A DNA stretch of 64,000 nucleotides, taken from NCBI GenBank assembly GCA_048270185.1, contig JBLWTJ010000001.1, positions 1,472,001 through 1,536,000 on the forward strand. Direction: 5' to 3'. This DNA is from Bacteriovoracaceae bacterium. GTDB lineage: Bacteria > Bdellovibrionota > Bacteriovoracia > Bacteriovoracales > Bacteriovoracaceae. Shown here piece by piece: positions 10,715 through 20,699 of this stretch. The notes beneath the pieces are model-generated. The model saw nothing but the letters and a program-made list of their open reading frames with translations. It was not told the DNA's origin and did not search any database. Each line of letters opens with the position of its first letter. Position 1 is the stretch's first letter. Made by a program: the position numbers and the translations under genes.

Positions 10715-11941
10715 ATGAAAATTCAAACAAAACGAGAATATTTAATTGAGCGCTACCTCATTATTGCAACTTTAATAATGGTTCAATTGACTTGCCTATT
10801 TTATGGACTTGCTTACCCTCAAATTATATTTCATAGAATTTCAAAAGAAATATTCTTCTCTATTACGATACTTCAATTCGTAGGATTTATATTTTGCTAT
10901 TTCCGCAACTCTATAAATTGCATGCGTGTTATTTGTGTATATCCATCAATTGTTTTAATGATTTTAATCGTCTTCACTTTTGGAGGAATCAAATCCCCTG
11001 GTGTTCTTTGGATTACCGGAACTCCTATTTTCTTTGGAGTTTTTTATAAGAGATCGGGTATGATTATGGGATCAGGAGTGATGATTGCGACATTTACGAT
11101 CTTCTTCGCCCTTGATAAGAAGATTTCATCTTTAAGCTACCCTCTATCACTACTTGAATACGACATTCTTCTAAAGTCTAATATTGTTCAGTTTTCAATA
11201 CTAACGACAGTCTACTTCTCATTCTACGTTTGGCTCGAGTCAAATGCGAGAAGGAGAATGGGGCTAATTAATAAGAAAATAGACACACTTCTTCACGTTG
11301 TTCTACATGACCTTTCAAATCCAATTACAATTTTAAAACTTAAGATGAGTAAGCTTGCTCGTGAGTATAGTATTAATGAAAAGTCGCTGGCTCTCATTGA
11401 TAAGTCGTTTAATAAGGTCGAAGAGATCATCACAGATGTCCGAAGCTTTCAACTTGATGCTGAAAGTAATATCGGCCCTAAATCTAAAATTGACTCAAGT
11501 AAGATCAAAGAATTCTGCCGTGAGTTTTTCCATCAACATAATAATAAGAATCTAAAGTTTAATATAATTGATGAAACACAACGTGGCTTCTACTGTGAAG
11601 AAAGAGTTATGTACGATCATATTCTAAGTAATATTATGTCAAACGCAATAAAGTTTAGTTATGAAGGGCATGAGATTACCCTTAAACTTTTTAATGATTC
11701 AAATCGATTCTATATTGATATTAGCGATCAAGGAATTGGTATGTCTCAAGAGCTAATTGATCAGGTATTTCAATTTGAAAAGAAGACAAGTCGACTGGGA
11801 ACTAAGGGCGAAGTTGGGACAGGCTATGGCCTGCCAATTGTTAAATACTTCACCGACTTCTCAGATGGAAGTATTCAAATTAACTCAACAATCAATCAAG
11901 GAACGAATGTATCTCTAGCATTTAACCTTGCAAGAAATTAA
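10715..11941 (+). CDS. Membrane-bound sensor histidine kinase, paralog of the upstream gene
   Basis: Same architecture; HDLSNP, NIMSNAIKFS, DQGIGM, GTGYGL. Confidence 0.9.
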   Translation: MKIQTKREYLIERYLIIATLIMVQLTCLFYGLAYPQIIFHRISKEIFFSITILQFVGFIFCYFRNSINCMRVICVYPSIVLMILIVFTFGGIKSPGVLWITGTPIFFGVFYKRSGMIMGSGVMIATFTIFFALDKKISSLSYPLSLLEYDILLKSNIVQFSILTTVYFSFYVWLESNARRRMGLINKKIDTLLHVVLHDLSNPITILKLKMSKLAREYSINEKSLALIDKSFNKVEEIITDVRSFQLDAESNIGPKSKIDSSKIKEFCREFFHQHNNKNLKFNIIDETQRGFYCEERVMYDHILSNIMSNAIKFSYEGHEITLKLFNDSNRFYIDISDQGIGMSQELIDQVFQFEKKTSRLGTKGEVGTGYGLPIVKYFTDFSDGSIQINSTINQGTNVSLAFNLARN

Positions 11942-12237
11942 TGAAAATTCATATTCGGTTGATTAAGAAGCTCTTGCCAATAAGAGTAGTGCTCCTTTGC
12001 TCTCTCATTTAGAGAGTGAAAGTCACTTGAAATGCTCTTAAAACAGTTTGTCCATGTCTCCTTAATCTCTTCACAGATATCGAGAGGGATAATGCTTGAA
12101 TCGACATAAGAAGAATCTAAATGCTTTAGAGTGGCAAAGTAGAAGACGTCATTGACGCTTGAGCGATGCTCCTTACAAAAGTGAAGTGCAAAAACAATCT
12201 TCTGGCTTAATGGCATATGAGAATTTGTATTATTCAT
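11938..12237 (-). CDS. Hypothetical protein
   Basis: 99-aa ORF with GGGG SD and sigma-28-like promoter. Confidence 0.6.
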   Translation of the reverse strand: MNNTNSHMPLSQKIVFALHFCKEHRSSVNDVFYFATLKHLDSSYVDSSIIPLDICEEIKETWTNCFKSISSDFHSLNERAKEHYSYWQELLNQPNMNFH

Positions 12238-12261
12238 GTTAACCCCGTCTTTCTAGAGAAA

Positions 12262-12290
12262 TCTTCGGAGTTAACTGAATAAAAACTTAA
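12262..12290 (-). promoter_or_regulatory. Putative sigma-28-type promoter
   Basis: TTAAG-N16-TCCGAAGA. Confidence 0.4.
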
Positions 12291-12302
12291 TTATGAACGA
12301 AT

Positions 12303-12656
12303 TTATGCTGAAATTTGGTTAAAACGATCGATAACACGATCGAAACGATCTTTAATTAATTTTAGACGCAGTTCATTTTTCTCAGGAAAGCGAGTGATTC
12401 CCTTACTTAGTAAATTGATCTCGGCCTGAACATAGCGTTTTTTTAGTTTCGACTTTCTTACACTCTGTAGCTTTCCAAGATAGTTGATATTCGAAGAGGT
12501 CATCTCACTCATTTTAAGGATAATGCTCTTTTCAACTAATTCACGGCTTTCTTCGATTTCGGCAGATTGCAAGTGATTCTCGATGATTTCTAACTGCATC
12601 GTTAGGCGGCGTAATTCCCTCGATAGAGAGTCTGTTTGGATAGTTCTATTTGTCAC
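12303..12656 (-). CDS. Hypothetical helical/coiled-coil protein
   Basis: GTG start with GGAG SD; 117 aa. Confidence 0.6.
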   Translation of the reverse strand: MTNRTIQTDSLSRELRRLTMQLEIIENHLQSAEIEESRELVEKSIILKMSEMTSSNINYLGKLQSVRKSKLKKRYVQAEINLLSKGITRFPEKNELRLKLIKDRFDRVIDRFNQISA

Positions 12657-12755
12657 TTATTAATCTCCAGTAAATTTAAGACAAGATCTTTATACACTAA
12701 GAATGTGTTCAATAGACTGGAGTTTGAAATATAGTAAAGGGATGTCAGGAAAGTA

Positions 12756-12779
12756 GACACAGGCTTTAGAACCTGTGTC
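12756..12779 (-). terminator. Hairpin after alaS
   Basis: GACACAGG-N8-CCTGTGTC, 14 nt after the alaS stop. Confidence 0.55.
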
Positions 12780-12793
12780 CAGCTTAGATATTC

Positions 12794-15364
12794 TTATAAA
12801 GATTCAATAAATTCGAGTACTTGAGAGCCTGAATTCACATCAGGAGCTCCACCTTGGGCGAAGTTAGGACGTCCACCACCACGGCCAGATACTGGCTCTA
12901 AGATTTTCTTTAGGAAATCTCCCGCTTTTATGTCCGAGTTTGACCAAACAAATGACTTCATTCCCTTCTCATCCTTAGTCAGTAGACAGATGATTTGGGC
13001 CTCACCTTTATTTATTAGTGTATCACCAAGGTCCTTAACGGCCGCAGCATCTGCATCAAGACTTGCTGCTAGTAGCTTAAATCCTTGGTAATCCTTTTTT
13101 ACTTCTTTTGTAAAATTCGTTGATCCCTTAGAAGCTTTCTCACTTGCTTCCTTGATCTTCTTCTTCATTTCAACTCTAAGATCTTTTATACGAGCAGGAA
13201 CTTCAGAAGGCTTAGTACTAAGCTCCTTTGCAGCAGCATTTAAAAGAGATGTTCTTTCTTGCATAACACGAATTGCTTCAGTTCCTGTAACGGCCTCAAT
13301 ACGACGGATACCTTTCGCAACAGAAGTTTCAGTTGTAATGACAAATAATCCAATATCCCCTGTGCGGCCAACGTGAGTACCACCACAAAGTTCAACACTT
13401 TCTTTTCCAAAAGAGATAACCCTTACGTCGCTGTCATACTTCTCACCAAATAATGCCATTGCACCATTATCAATTGCATCTTCGTATGAACAAAGTTTAG
13501 TTGTACGTGAATCATTTTGCATTATCCACTTGTTAACCAGAGCTTCAACCTTTGCTAATTCACTTGGATTAACGGCCTGTGGGTTTTGAAAGTCAAAGCG
13601 CAGGCGATCAGCAGTAACCATTGATCCTTTCTGAATAGCATGCTTTCCGATGACTTCATGAAGAGCTGCGTGAAGTAAGTGAGTAGCCGAGTGGTTTCTC
13701 ATCGATGCTTTTCGATTATTGGCATCAACAATTAATTCAATCTTCTCGCCAGTTTCAATTTCTCCAGAAATTATTTTTGCTACGTGAACATGAACATTCT
13801 TAACTTTCATTGTATCAAGAATTTGAAGCTCACCTGTTGAAGTTCTTGCTGAACCGATATCACCGGCCTGTCCACCTGATTCTCCATAAAAAGGAGTGGC
13901 GGCAGTTGCAAAATAAGTTACTTCTTCATCACGGTAAATTTTAAGAATTTCACTATCAAGCTCAAGAGAGTCATATCCAGTGAATTCAGTATCAGCGACT
14001 TCGATAAATTCAAGCTCAATTCTTTCTTGGTCAGCGGCCACTCCACCCTTGCGTGAAATAACTCGTGAAGTTTTACGATGTTCTTCGTAACACTTATCAT
14101 AATCTTCTTGAGCAAATTCAATCTTACGTGCTGTCAGCTCAGACTTGATAACTTCAAGAGGAAGACCGTGAGTTGTTACAAGCTCAAAAGCAACATTTCC
14201 CGGAAATAATTTTTGAGAGTTTGCATTTGCTTTTAACTCTTCTTCAATCTTCTCAAGACCATTTTTTACAATTGGAACAAATTCGTTAATCTCTTGTTCC
14301 ATATTATAGTGAATGGCATCACGTGCAGACTTAAGCTGTGGGTAGTAGTCAGCAAGCATTGAGATAATTTTATCAATATGTGTTTTGAAATTTGGCTTTG
14401 CGATCCCACGTGAAATACAAGCTGCAACACACTTACGGATCAGACGACGAGGAATATAACCCTGTCCTTCATTTCCTGGCATAATCCCTTCCGCAAGAAT
14501 CATGACAGAAGCACGTAAGTGATCTGAAAGCATACGTTCAGTTTGAACATCAGAATTAGATCCTAGAAGCTCTCTTGATAATTGCATTAGAGGTGCCAAT
14601 AGATCAGTTTCATAAACTGAGCCACACCCGTTCATCACCATGGCAAGTCTTTCAAGGCCTGAACCTGTATCAACTGATTTAAGAGGTAAAGGTTCAAATG
14701 TTCCATCTTTAAGCTTATTAAGCTCCATGAAAACACCAGCATTCCAGATTTCAATATAGCGGCTTACATCGTCGAAATGTCCACCTGGCTTATACTCAGG
14801 TCCATACTCTGCACCTGTGTCATAGAATACTTCCGTACATGGCCCACATGGACCGTGATCACCAGCAGGCCCCCAGAAGTTGTCATCACCAAGAACAACA
14901 ATGTGGTCCTCTGGAACACCACACTTCTTCCAAGCTTCAATCGATTCTGTATCAGGATCGATTCCTAGATCAGGGTTACCACCGTAAACAGTGAAGTATA
15001 ATTTCTTAGGATCAAAATCTAGTTCACCCACAAGTAAATCATAAGCAAGCTTACAAGCAAGTTCCTTGTAGTAATCACCGATTGACCAAGAACCAAGCAT
15101 TTCAAAAATTGTTAAGTGGTGACGGTCACCGACATCATCAATATCTTTGGTACGAATACATGGCTGATAGTTGGCCAGTCTTGGCGAAGGAGGTGTTTCT
15201 TTACCTAGAAAGTAGTTCTTTAAAGGGGCCATTCCCGAGTTAATAAATAGTAGAGTTGGATCATTTTGAGGCACAATTGAAGAGGCCGCAATTTTTAAGT
15301 GATCCATTCTTTCAAAGTAATCTAAGAACTTCTCTCTAATTTCTCGTGATGATAATGGCTGCAT
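12794..15364 (-). CDS. alaS: Alanine--tRNA ligase
   Basis: DPTLLFINSGM, GPCGPCTE, DTGSGLER, editing HSATHLLH and ELCGGTHV, C-terminal GGG motif. Confidence 0.96.
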   Translation of the reverse strand: MQPLSSREIREKFLDYFERMDHLKIAASSIVPQNDPTLLFINSGMAPLKNYFLGKETPPSPRLANYQPCIRTKDIDDVGDRHHLTIFEMLGSWSIGDYYKELACKLAYDLLVGELDFDPKKLYFTVYGGNPDLGIDPDTESIEAWKKCGVPEDHIVVLGDDNFWGPAGDHGPCGPCTEVFYDTGAEYGPEYKPGGHFDDVSRYIEIWNAGVFMELNKLKDGTFEPLPLKSVDTGSGLERLAMVMNGCGSVYETDLLAPLMQLSRELLGSNSDVQTERMLSDHLRASVMILAEGIMPGNEGQGYIPRRLIRKCVAACISRGIAKPNFKTHIDKIISMLADYYPQLKSARDAIHYNMEQEINEFVPIVKNGLEKIEEELKANANSQKLFPGNVAFELVTTHGLPLEVIKSELTARKIEFAQEDYDKCYEEHRKTSRVISRKGGVAADQERIELEFIEVADTEFTGYDSLELDSEILKIYRDEEVTYFATAATPFYGESGGQAGDIGSARTSTGELQILDTMKVKNVHVHVAKIISGEIETGEKIELIVDANNRKASMRNHSATHLLHAALHEVIGKHAIQKGSMVTADRLRFDFQNPQAVNPSELAKVEALVNKWIMQNDSRTTKLCSYEDAIDNGAMALFGEKYDSDVRVISFGKESVELCGGTHVGRTGDIGLFVITTETSVAKGIRRIEAVTGTEAIRVMQERTSLLNAAAKELSTKPSEVPARIKDLRVEMKKKIKEASEKASKGSTNFTKEVKKDYQGFKLLAASLDADAAAVKDLGDTLINKGEAQIICLLTKDEKGMKSFVWSNSDIKAGDFLKKILEPVSGRGGGRPNFAQGGAPDVNSGSQVLEFIESL

Positions 15365-15581
15365 ATAAATCCTTTAATCCCTAACGCTACAGAGTGCGTC
15401 ATAAAAATTGTCTATAAGTGCTGAAAATATACTATAAAATCAACTTTTCGACTACTTCTTAGCGTTAAAATATCCCCACATTTTGTGCGAAAAATAGTTA
15501 TCAAGACAGGTTAAAAAGCATATATTGAGGGCATAAGGAATTATTTAGAATAAACGCATAGAATTTAACTGGAGAAGAACG

Positions 15582-17165
15582 ATGACTCAATTTTATTCTG
15601 ATATGGGAATTAACATGAACCGACCGAATCATAAGATTCATGTCGACTCACCAAGAAGCTTTCTAATTCAAAAGACTGTTGAACTAGGAATTGGAAAACT
15701 AACAAAAGATGGTGCCCTAGTTGTTGAAACAGGAAAGCATACAGGACGAAGTGCGAATGATCGCTATATCGTTCGCGATGAGACAACAGAAAAAACTATA
15801 TGGTGGGAAAATAACTTCAAGGCCATGACTCCAGATACTTTTGCAAAGCTTAAGTCTCATGTCATCAATTTTCTAAACCAAGATCAAGACTTATATATCA
15901 CAGAAAGAAGTGTTGGTGCTGACGAAGTTCACAACCTTGGTGCAAGACTTGTAACAACTAATCCAAATCATGCACTTTTCTCAACTCACCTATTCCGTGA
16001 AAAGATGAGAGATTTCAATAATGATGATTTTACAATTCTACACGCTCCAGGATTACTTCTTGATCCAAAAGAGTTTGATCTAAGATCTGAAACAGCAATT
16101 GTGACTTGTATTAAATCAAAAATTACAATCATCGCTGGAACTCAATACGCAGGTGAAATTAAAAAAAGTATGTTTGCAGCGATGAACTATATGCTGCCAG
16201 AAACAAAGATTATGCCAACGCACTCAGGGGCATCACGCCTTGATAATGGTGAAGTATCAATCTTCTTTGGACTTTCTGGAACAGGTAAAACAACGCTATC
16301 AACAGATGTTGGCACATACCTAATCGGTGATGATGAACACGGAATCAGCGAAGCAGGAACATTCAACTTTGAAGGTGGATGTTATGCTAAAACATATAAG
16401 CTTTCAAGTGAAGGTGAACCTGAGATTTACTCAGCAGCAAATCGCTTTGGAGCACTTCTAGAAAACGTTGTTCTTGATGAGAAAACTGGTCTCGTTGATT
16501 TCTATGACAAGACACTTTCTGAAAACGGACGTGCATCTTACCCTCTAGACTTCATTGACGAACTGGAAGTAACTTCACGCGGAGATATTCCAAAGCATGT
16601 ATTCTTCCTATCGGCCGATGCCTTTGGTGTTCTTCCTCCAGTTGCAAAACTTACGAAAGAGCAAGCAATGTTCTACTTTGTCCTAGGCTATACTGCAAAA
16701 CTAGCAGGAACTGAAATTGGAGTAAAAGAGCCGACAGCGACTTTCTCTTCATGTTTTGGAGCTCCGTTTATGCTACGTCACCCAAGTGAGTACGCAAAAC
16801 TTCTTGGTGAATATATTGATAAGTTAGGATTCAATGTTTGGATGATCAACACTGGATGGACTGGTGGTGCATACGGAACAGGACAAAGGTTCCCACTCAA
16901 TATTACAAGACAGATTATTAGAAATATTCAATCGAATAATCTTGAGAAAGTTGAAACAGAAAAGGACCCAATCTTTGGACTAGAGATTCCAAAAATTGTT
17001 GGTGAAATACCAAGTACAATTTTAAATCCTCAGAAGTCTTGGGAGGATGCTGAAGCTTATACTAAGAAAGCACAAGACCTTGCTGTTAGCTTCCATAAGC
17101 AAATGAGTACATTTGGTAACTTCTATGAAGAAAATATCAATGGTGCTCCAACATTTGGAAGATAA
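15582..17165 (+). CDS. pckA: Phosphoenolpyruvate carboxykinase (ATP)
   Basis: TGKHTGRS, YAGEIKK, FFGLSGTGKTTLS, IGDDEHG, NFEGGCYAK, NTGW. Confidence 0.97.
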   Translation: MTQFYSDMGINMNRPNHKIHVDSPRSFLIQKTVELGIGKLTKDGALVVETGKHTGRSANDRYIVRDETTEKTIWWENNFKAMTPDTFAKLKSHVINFLNQDQDLYITERSVGADEVHNLGARLVTTNPNHALFSTHLFREKMRDFNNDDFTILHAPGLLLDPKEFDLRSETAIVTCIKSKITIIAGTQYAGEIKKSMFAAMNYMLPETKIMPTHSGASRLDNGEVSIFFGLSGTGKTTLSTDVGTYLIGDDEHGISEAGTFNFEGGCYAKTYKLSSEGEPEIYSAANRFGALLENVVLDEKTGLVDFYDKTLSENGRASYPLDFIDELEVTSRGDIPKHVFFLSADAFGVLPPVAKLTKEQAMFYFVLGYTAKLAGTEIGVKEPTATFSSCFGAPFMLRHPSEYAKLLGEYIDKLGFNVWMINTGWTGGAYGTGQRFPLNITRQIIRNIQSNNLEKVETEKDPIFGLEIPKIVGEIPSTILNPQKSWEDAEAYTKKAQDLAVSFHKQMSTFGNFYEENINGAPTFGR

Positions 17166-17707
17166 TGTCTTACGAGTATTTAAAAGCACTACACTTAATT
17201 AGTATTGTTTGCTGGTTTGCAGGACTTTTCTACATTGTGCGTCTGTTTATTTATCATACAGAAGCACAAGAGAAGCCTGCTATCGAGCGAGATATTTTAA
17301 GTGCTCAATTTAAGATTATGGCCCGCAGGCTATGGTTTGGAATAACGTGGCCTGCCTGTATTGCGACAATTATTTTTGGTGCAAGCTTGATCCATAATTC
17401 GTACTGGCCAATGACAGGTCACTACTGGCTACATTTGAAGTTAACCCTTGTACTACTTCTTGTAGGCTATCAATTAAAATGTCACAGTATATTTAAAAAT
17501 CTTCAAAATGATCGTTTTGAGCACACAAGTAAGTTTTTAAGGATTTGGAATGAAGTCGCAACACTCTTTCTCTTTGCTATAGTTTTTCTAGCAGTAATTA
17601 AGAGACTTGAAGGATTAGTGTATGGAGTAGCGGGTATTTTTATCCTAGCGATTTTCCTAATGATTGCCATTCGATTATATAGAAAAGCGAGATTGAAAAA
17701 TGAGTAA
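17165..17707 (+). CDS. hemJ: Protoporphyrinogen IX oxidase HemJ
   Basis: KALHLISIVCWFAGLFY..RLFIYH, WLHLKL, RIWNEV. Confidence 0.9.
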   Translation: MSYEYLKALHLISIVCWFAGLFYIVRLFIYHTEAQEKPAIERDILSAQFKIMARRLWFGITWPACIATIIFGASLIHNSYWPMTGHYWLHLKLTLVLLLVGYQLKCHSIFKNLQNDRFEHTSKFLRIWNEVATLFLFAIVFLAVIKRLEGLVYGVAGIFILAIFLMIAIRLYRKARLKNE

Positions 17708-17945
17708 GATTGTAAAAGGTGGACTCTACCAACACTATAAAGGCATGAATTATATCGTTCATGATATTGTTCGCCACTCTGAAACACTTGAAGAATTAGT
17801 TTTCTATGAATGTCTTTATGAAAATGACCTAGGTAAATTATGGGTTAGACCTCTTGAAATGTTCATTGAAACAGTTGAGGTGGGCGGTGAAATAACTCCA
17901 AGATTTAAGTATATCGGTGATCAAAAAGGCAACTCAAGGCTATGA
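17700..17945 (+). CDS. DUF1653 family protein
   Basis: GLYQHYKG..Y, HSET.E..V.Y, WVRP..MF, PRF. Confidence 0.9.
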   Translation: MSKIVKGGLYQHYKGMNYIVHDIVRHSETLEELVFYECLYENDLGKLWVRPLEMFIETVEVGGEITPRFKYIGDQKGNSRL

Positions 17946-18760
17946 TTCCTGCGAGGCACATTAAGCTTCATAAAGTAAAAAAACTTTCTTCTTGGAGAAA
18001 GGTTTCAATCAATACTTGGAAAAAACCAGTTGATCCTTCTACATTTGGACTTCTCAAATTTGAAGCTGCAAACTTCAAAGTTTATGCAAAAGATAACCAT
18101 GTCACTATTACTCAACTTTTCACTAAAGTTGTAGCACAAGTTTTTGCAGAAAACCCACAAGTTAATCGCTTAGTAAGAGGGGCAAATCTTTATCAGAGAG
18201 AGAATGTCGATATTTTTTTACAAGTCTCTGTTGACCATGAAGGGCAAGACCTCTCAGGAACAGTCATTCGCAGTGCTGACAAGAAAACAGTATTTGAAAT
18301 TAGAGATGAGCTTAAGGCCGCGGCCAACGATATTCGTAAAGATCACGATAAGTCTTTTAAGAAAGTTAAAAAGATTGTGTCACTGATCCCAAATTTTGTA
18401 ACACGCCCACTTTTAAATATTCTAGATTTTATTCTTTACCGCCTTAATTTATATACTGACCTCTTCGGAGTGAAGCAAGACCCATTTGGTTCTTGCATGA
18501 TTACAAGTGTAGGTAATTTTGGAGCTGAGTTTGCCTTTGCTCCTATCCCCACGATCTCACACGTTCCAATCGTTATGAGTCTTTTTAAAATTAAAGAAGA
18601 AGCTGTTGCTATTGAAGGCAGAGTTGAAGTTCAGCAAATCCTTACAGTTGGCGTCACACTTGATCACCGAATCATTGATGGAGTCTATGCCAGCAGAATC
18701 ATTGCAGGGCTTAGAAAGTACATCTCAAACCCTCAACTAATTGAAAACACACGCGTCTAA
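17942..18760 (+). CDS. Stand-alone 2-oxoacid dehydrogenase E2 acyltransferase catalytic domain
   Basis: ITSVG and catalytic DHRIIDG motifs; no lipoyl or E3-binding domain. Confidence 0.85.
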   Translation: MIPARHIKLHKVKKLSSWRKVSINTWKKPVDPSTFGLLKFEAANFKVYAKDNHVTITQLFTKVVAQVFAENPQVNRLVRGANLYQRENVDIFLQVSVDHEGQDLSGTVIRSADKKTVFEIRDELKAAANDIRKDHDKSFKKVKKIVSLIPNFVTRPLLNILDFILYRLNLYTDLFGVKQDPFGSCMITSVGNFGAEFAFAPIPTISHVPIVMSLFKIKEEAVAIEGRVEVQQILTVGVTLDHRIIDGVYASRIIAGLRKYISNPQLIENTRV

Positions 18761-18828
18761 GCTTTAGACGCCATGATACTTCTTACAAGAGTCAATGAAT
18801 TTCGACTAACCTCAGGTATTGTGGAAGT

Positions 18829-20661
18829 ATGAAAACACTCATCTTGTCACTATTGGCCGCTCATGCACTGGCAACTGAAATTCCTTTTTCAAAGGAATCT
18901 TATGTTATTAAGCAGGCTTCTCAAGCAAGGGCCACATATGAATATGAAGAAGATGAGTATGGACGCCTCCAAAATAAGAGGTGGTATGAACTTGACTGGT
19001 ACGATCTTCAAGGTGATTTTCAGACTGACTTCATTGAGTATGCCATCCAACATAAAGGCCAAACATTTAATGAGGCCAAAATAAATTATTACAAACAATT
19101 TAATTTCTCTAAAGAGGGCCGCTACCACTTAGCTGATCAAATGCCTTTAAAAGAATGGGGCTTCTTAAACCACCCCCCACAACATAAGAAACTTAAAGAT
19201 CTTGAATTCTTTTCAAGAAATTATGCTCCAATGAACTTTTCTGAAGTGAATCACCCTTTCTTTGAGACAGGCTTTCAAAAGGAAATGGACAAAGTTTCTA
19301 AATCGCAGTTAACTTTTGGTAACAAGATTACGATTCTAGAAAATACAAATTCATACTTAAAGAAGCTTGAGCTAATTAATGAAGCGAGAAAAGAGATTCT
19401 TATGTCTTCTCTTAGTTTTGTTTGCGACGCTTCAGTAAAGAAGTTAGTTTCCAATTTAATTGCAGCAAAAAATAGAGGGGTCAAAGTCTATGTAATGGAC
19501 GACTACCTCATGTCAAAATTATTAGGTCATAGTAAATGTCCTAAAAAACTCAAAAAAAATGGTGTTCAAATCATTCGCGCCAACGACTTCTGGAGGCATG
19601 AAGGACGTACAGTTTATCATCATAAGAAATTAGTTATCGATGGCAAAATTGCTATTGTCGGTGGACAAAATCAACTCAATGCTGACAACCTTTCAAAAGG
19701 AACTGACTTTAAAAATAAAGATGTTGATATTTTAATTGAAGGACCTATGGTGACAGATATTGCCATCGGTTTTTTAAAAGACTGGCAGTACTTTAAGAAA
19801 AAGAAAACAAGACCTATTAGAAATAGCCGTGGAAATATTATTACTTATACAGGAAAGAAAATTCATAACCTTGAAGAAACTCTTAAGTCTTATGAAGAAA
19901 GACAATTACAAGAAGAGGACAATAACCTAAGAGGTGAAGCACAGTATGATGCAATTTTAGGTAATACACAAACACGTATGAATGGCGTTTGTCGCTTTAT
20001 TCAACAATCACCATATGAAAACCAACGTAATGTTGGTGAAGCATATCTTCTCGCTCTAAAGCACACAGCTAATTACTTAGGAATAATGGACCCAATAAGA
20101 AGTGATACTTACTACCCTTCTGTATTCAAAAATGCTCCATTGATTGAGAAATTTGACAGCTTTAAGATGTTTAATAAACTTCATCATAAAATTGCCCAGA
20201 TGCAAAAAGATGGTATTGCATTAGATTTCATTACGACAGGAACAGATATGACAGGTAATGAAATTGTTGATCTAAAAAATGAAGAAATAAGAGACATTAT
20301 AATTGATACAACTATTAGCGATAAGAAACAAAGAAAGCTAATTAAAAAGAAACTTAAAAGTATCAAGAAGTGGAACGACTACTTTGGAGAAGCTCATTTT
20401 ACTAATCTTATAAAAGATTATGCTAAGTATGAATCAACAAATGTATGGCTACACTTAAGCTTCCTTCATTCAAAAATATTCTATTTTGATCGATTACTTT
20501 CAAGTATTGGTAGCTATAATTTTCAACATAATGCCACTGATCACTCTTATGAAAACACAATCTTATGCCTAGATGAGAAATTAAATAAGGCCCTTGATGA
20601 AGTCTTTGTACGTGATATGGTTAACTCAGTTCCACTAAAATTTAATAAAATAGTTGAATAG
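18829..20661 (+). CDS. Secreted phospholipase D superfamily protein (two HKD motifs)
   Basis: Signal peptide ending ALA; HKKLVIDG...GGQN and HSKIFYFD...GSYN. Confidence 0.88.
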   Translation: MKTLILSLLAAHALATEIPFSKESYVIKQASQARATYEYEEDEYGRLQNKRWYELDWYDLQGDFQTDFIEYAIQHKGQTFNEAKINYYKQFNFSKEGRYHLADQMPLKEWGFLNHPPQHKKLKDLEFFSRNYAPMNFSEVNHPFFETGFQKEMDKVSKSQLTFGNKITILENTNSYLKKLELINEARKEILMSSLSFVCDASVKKLVSNLIAAKNRGVKVYVMDDYLMSKLLGHSKCPKKLKKNGVQIIRANDFWRHEGRTVYHHKKLVIDGKIAIVGGQNQLNADNLSKGTDFKNKDVDILIEGPMVTDIAIGFLKDWQYFKKKKTRPIRNSRGNIITYTGKKIHNLEETLKSYEERQLQEEDNNLRGEAQYDAILGNTQTRMNGVCRFIQQSPYENQRNVGEAYLLALKHTANYLGIMDPIRSDTYYPSVFKNAPLIEKFDSFKMFNKLHHKIAQMQKDGIALDFITTGTDMTGNEIVDLKNEEIRDIIIDTTISDKKQRKLIKKKLKSIKKWNDYFGEAHFTNLIKDYAKYESTNVWLHLSFLHSKIFYFDRLLSSIGSYNFQHNATDHSYENTILCLDEKLNKALDEVFVRDMVNSVPLKFNKIVE

Positions 20662-20668
20662 CCGATAA
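20642..20668 (+). promoter_or_regulatory. Putative sigma-28-type promoter
   Basis: TTAAT-N14-GCCGATAA (perfect -10), 31 nt before ATG 20700. Confidence 0.55.
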
Positions 20669-20699
20669 GTTAAATGATTTAACTTTTTGGGGACGAGCT

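Noticed and set aside
12743..18770. GTC-N11-GAC spaced palindrome at 12743-12759 and 18754-18770 as a shared operator
   Set aside because: Only two imperfect instances, both overlapping gene-end hairpins; insufficient support
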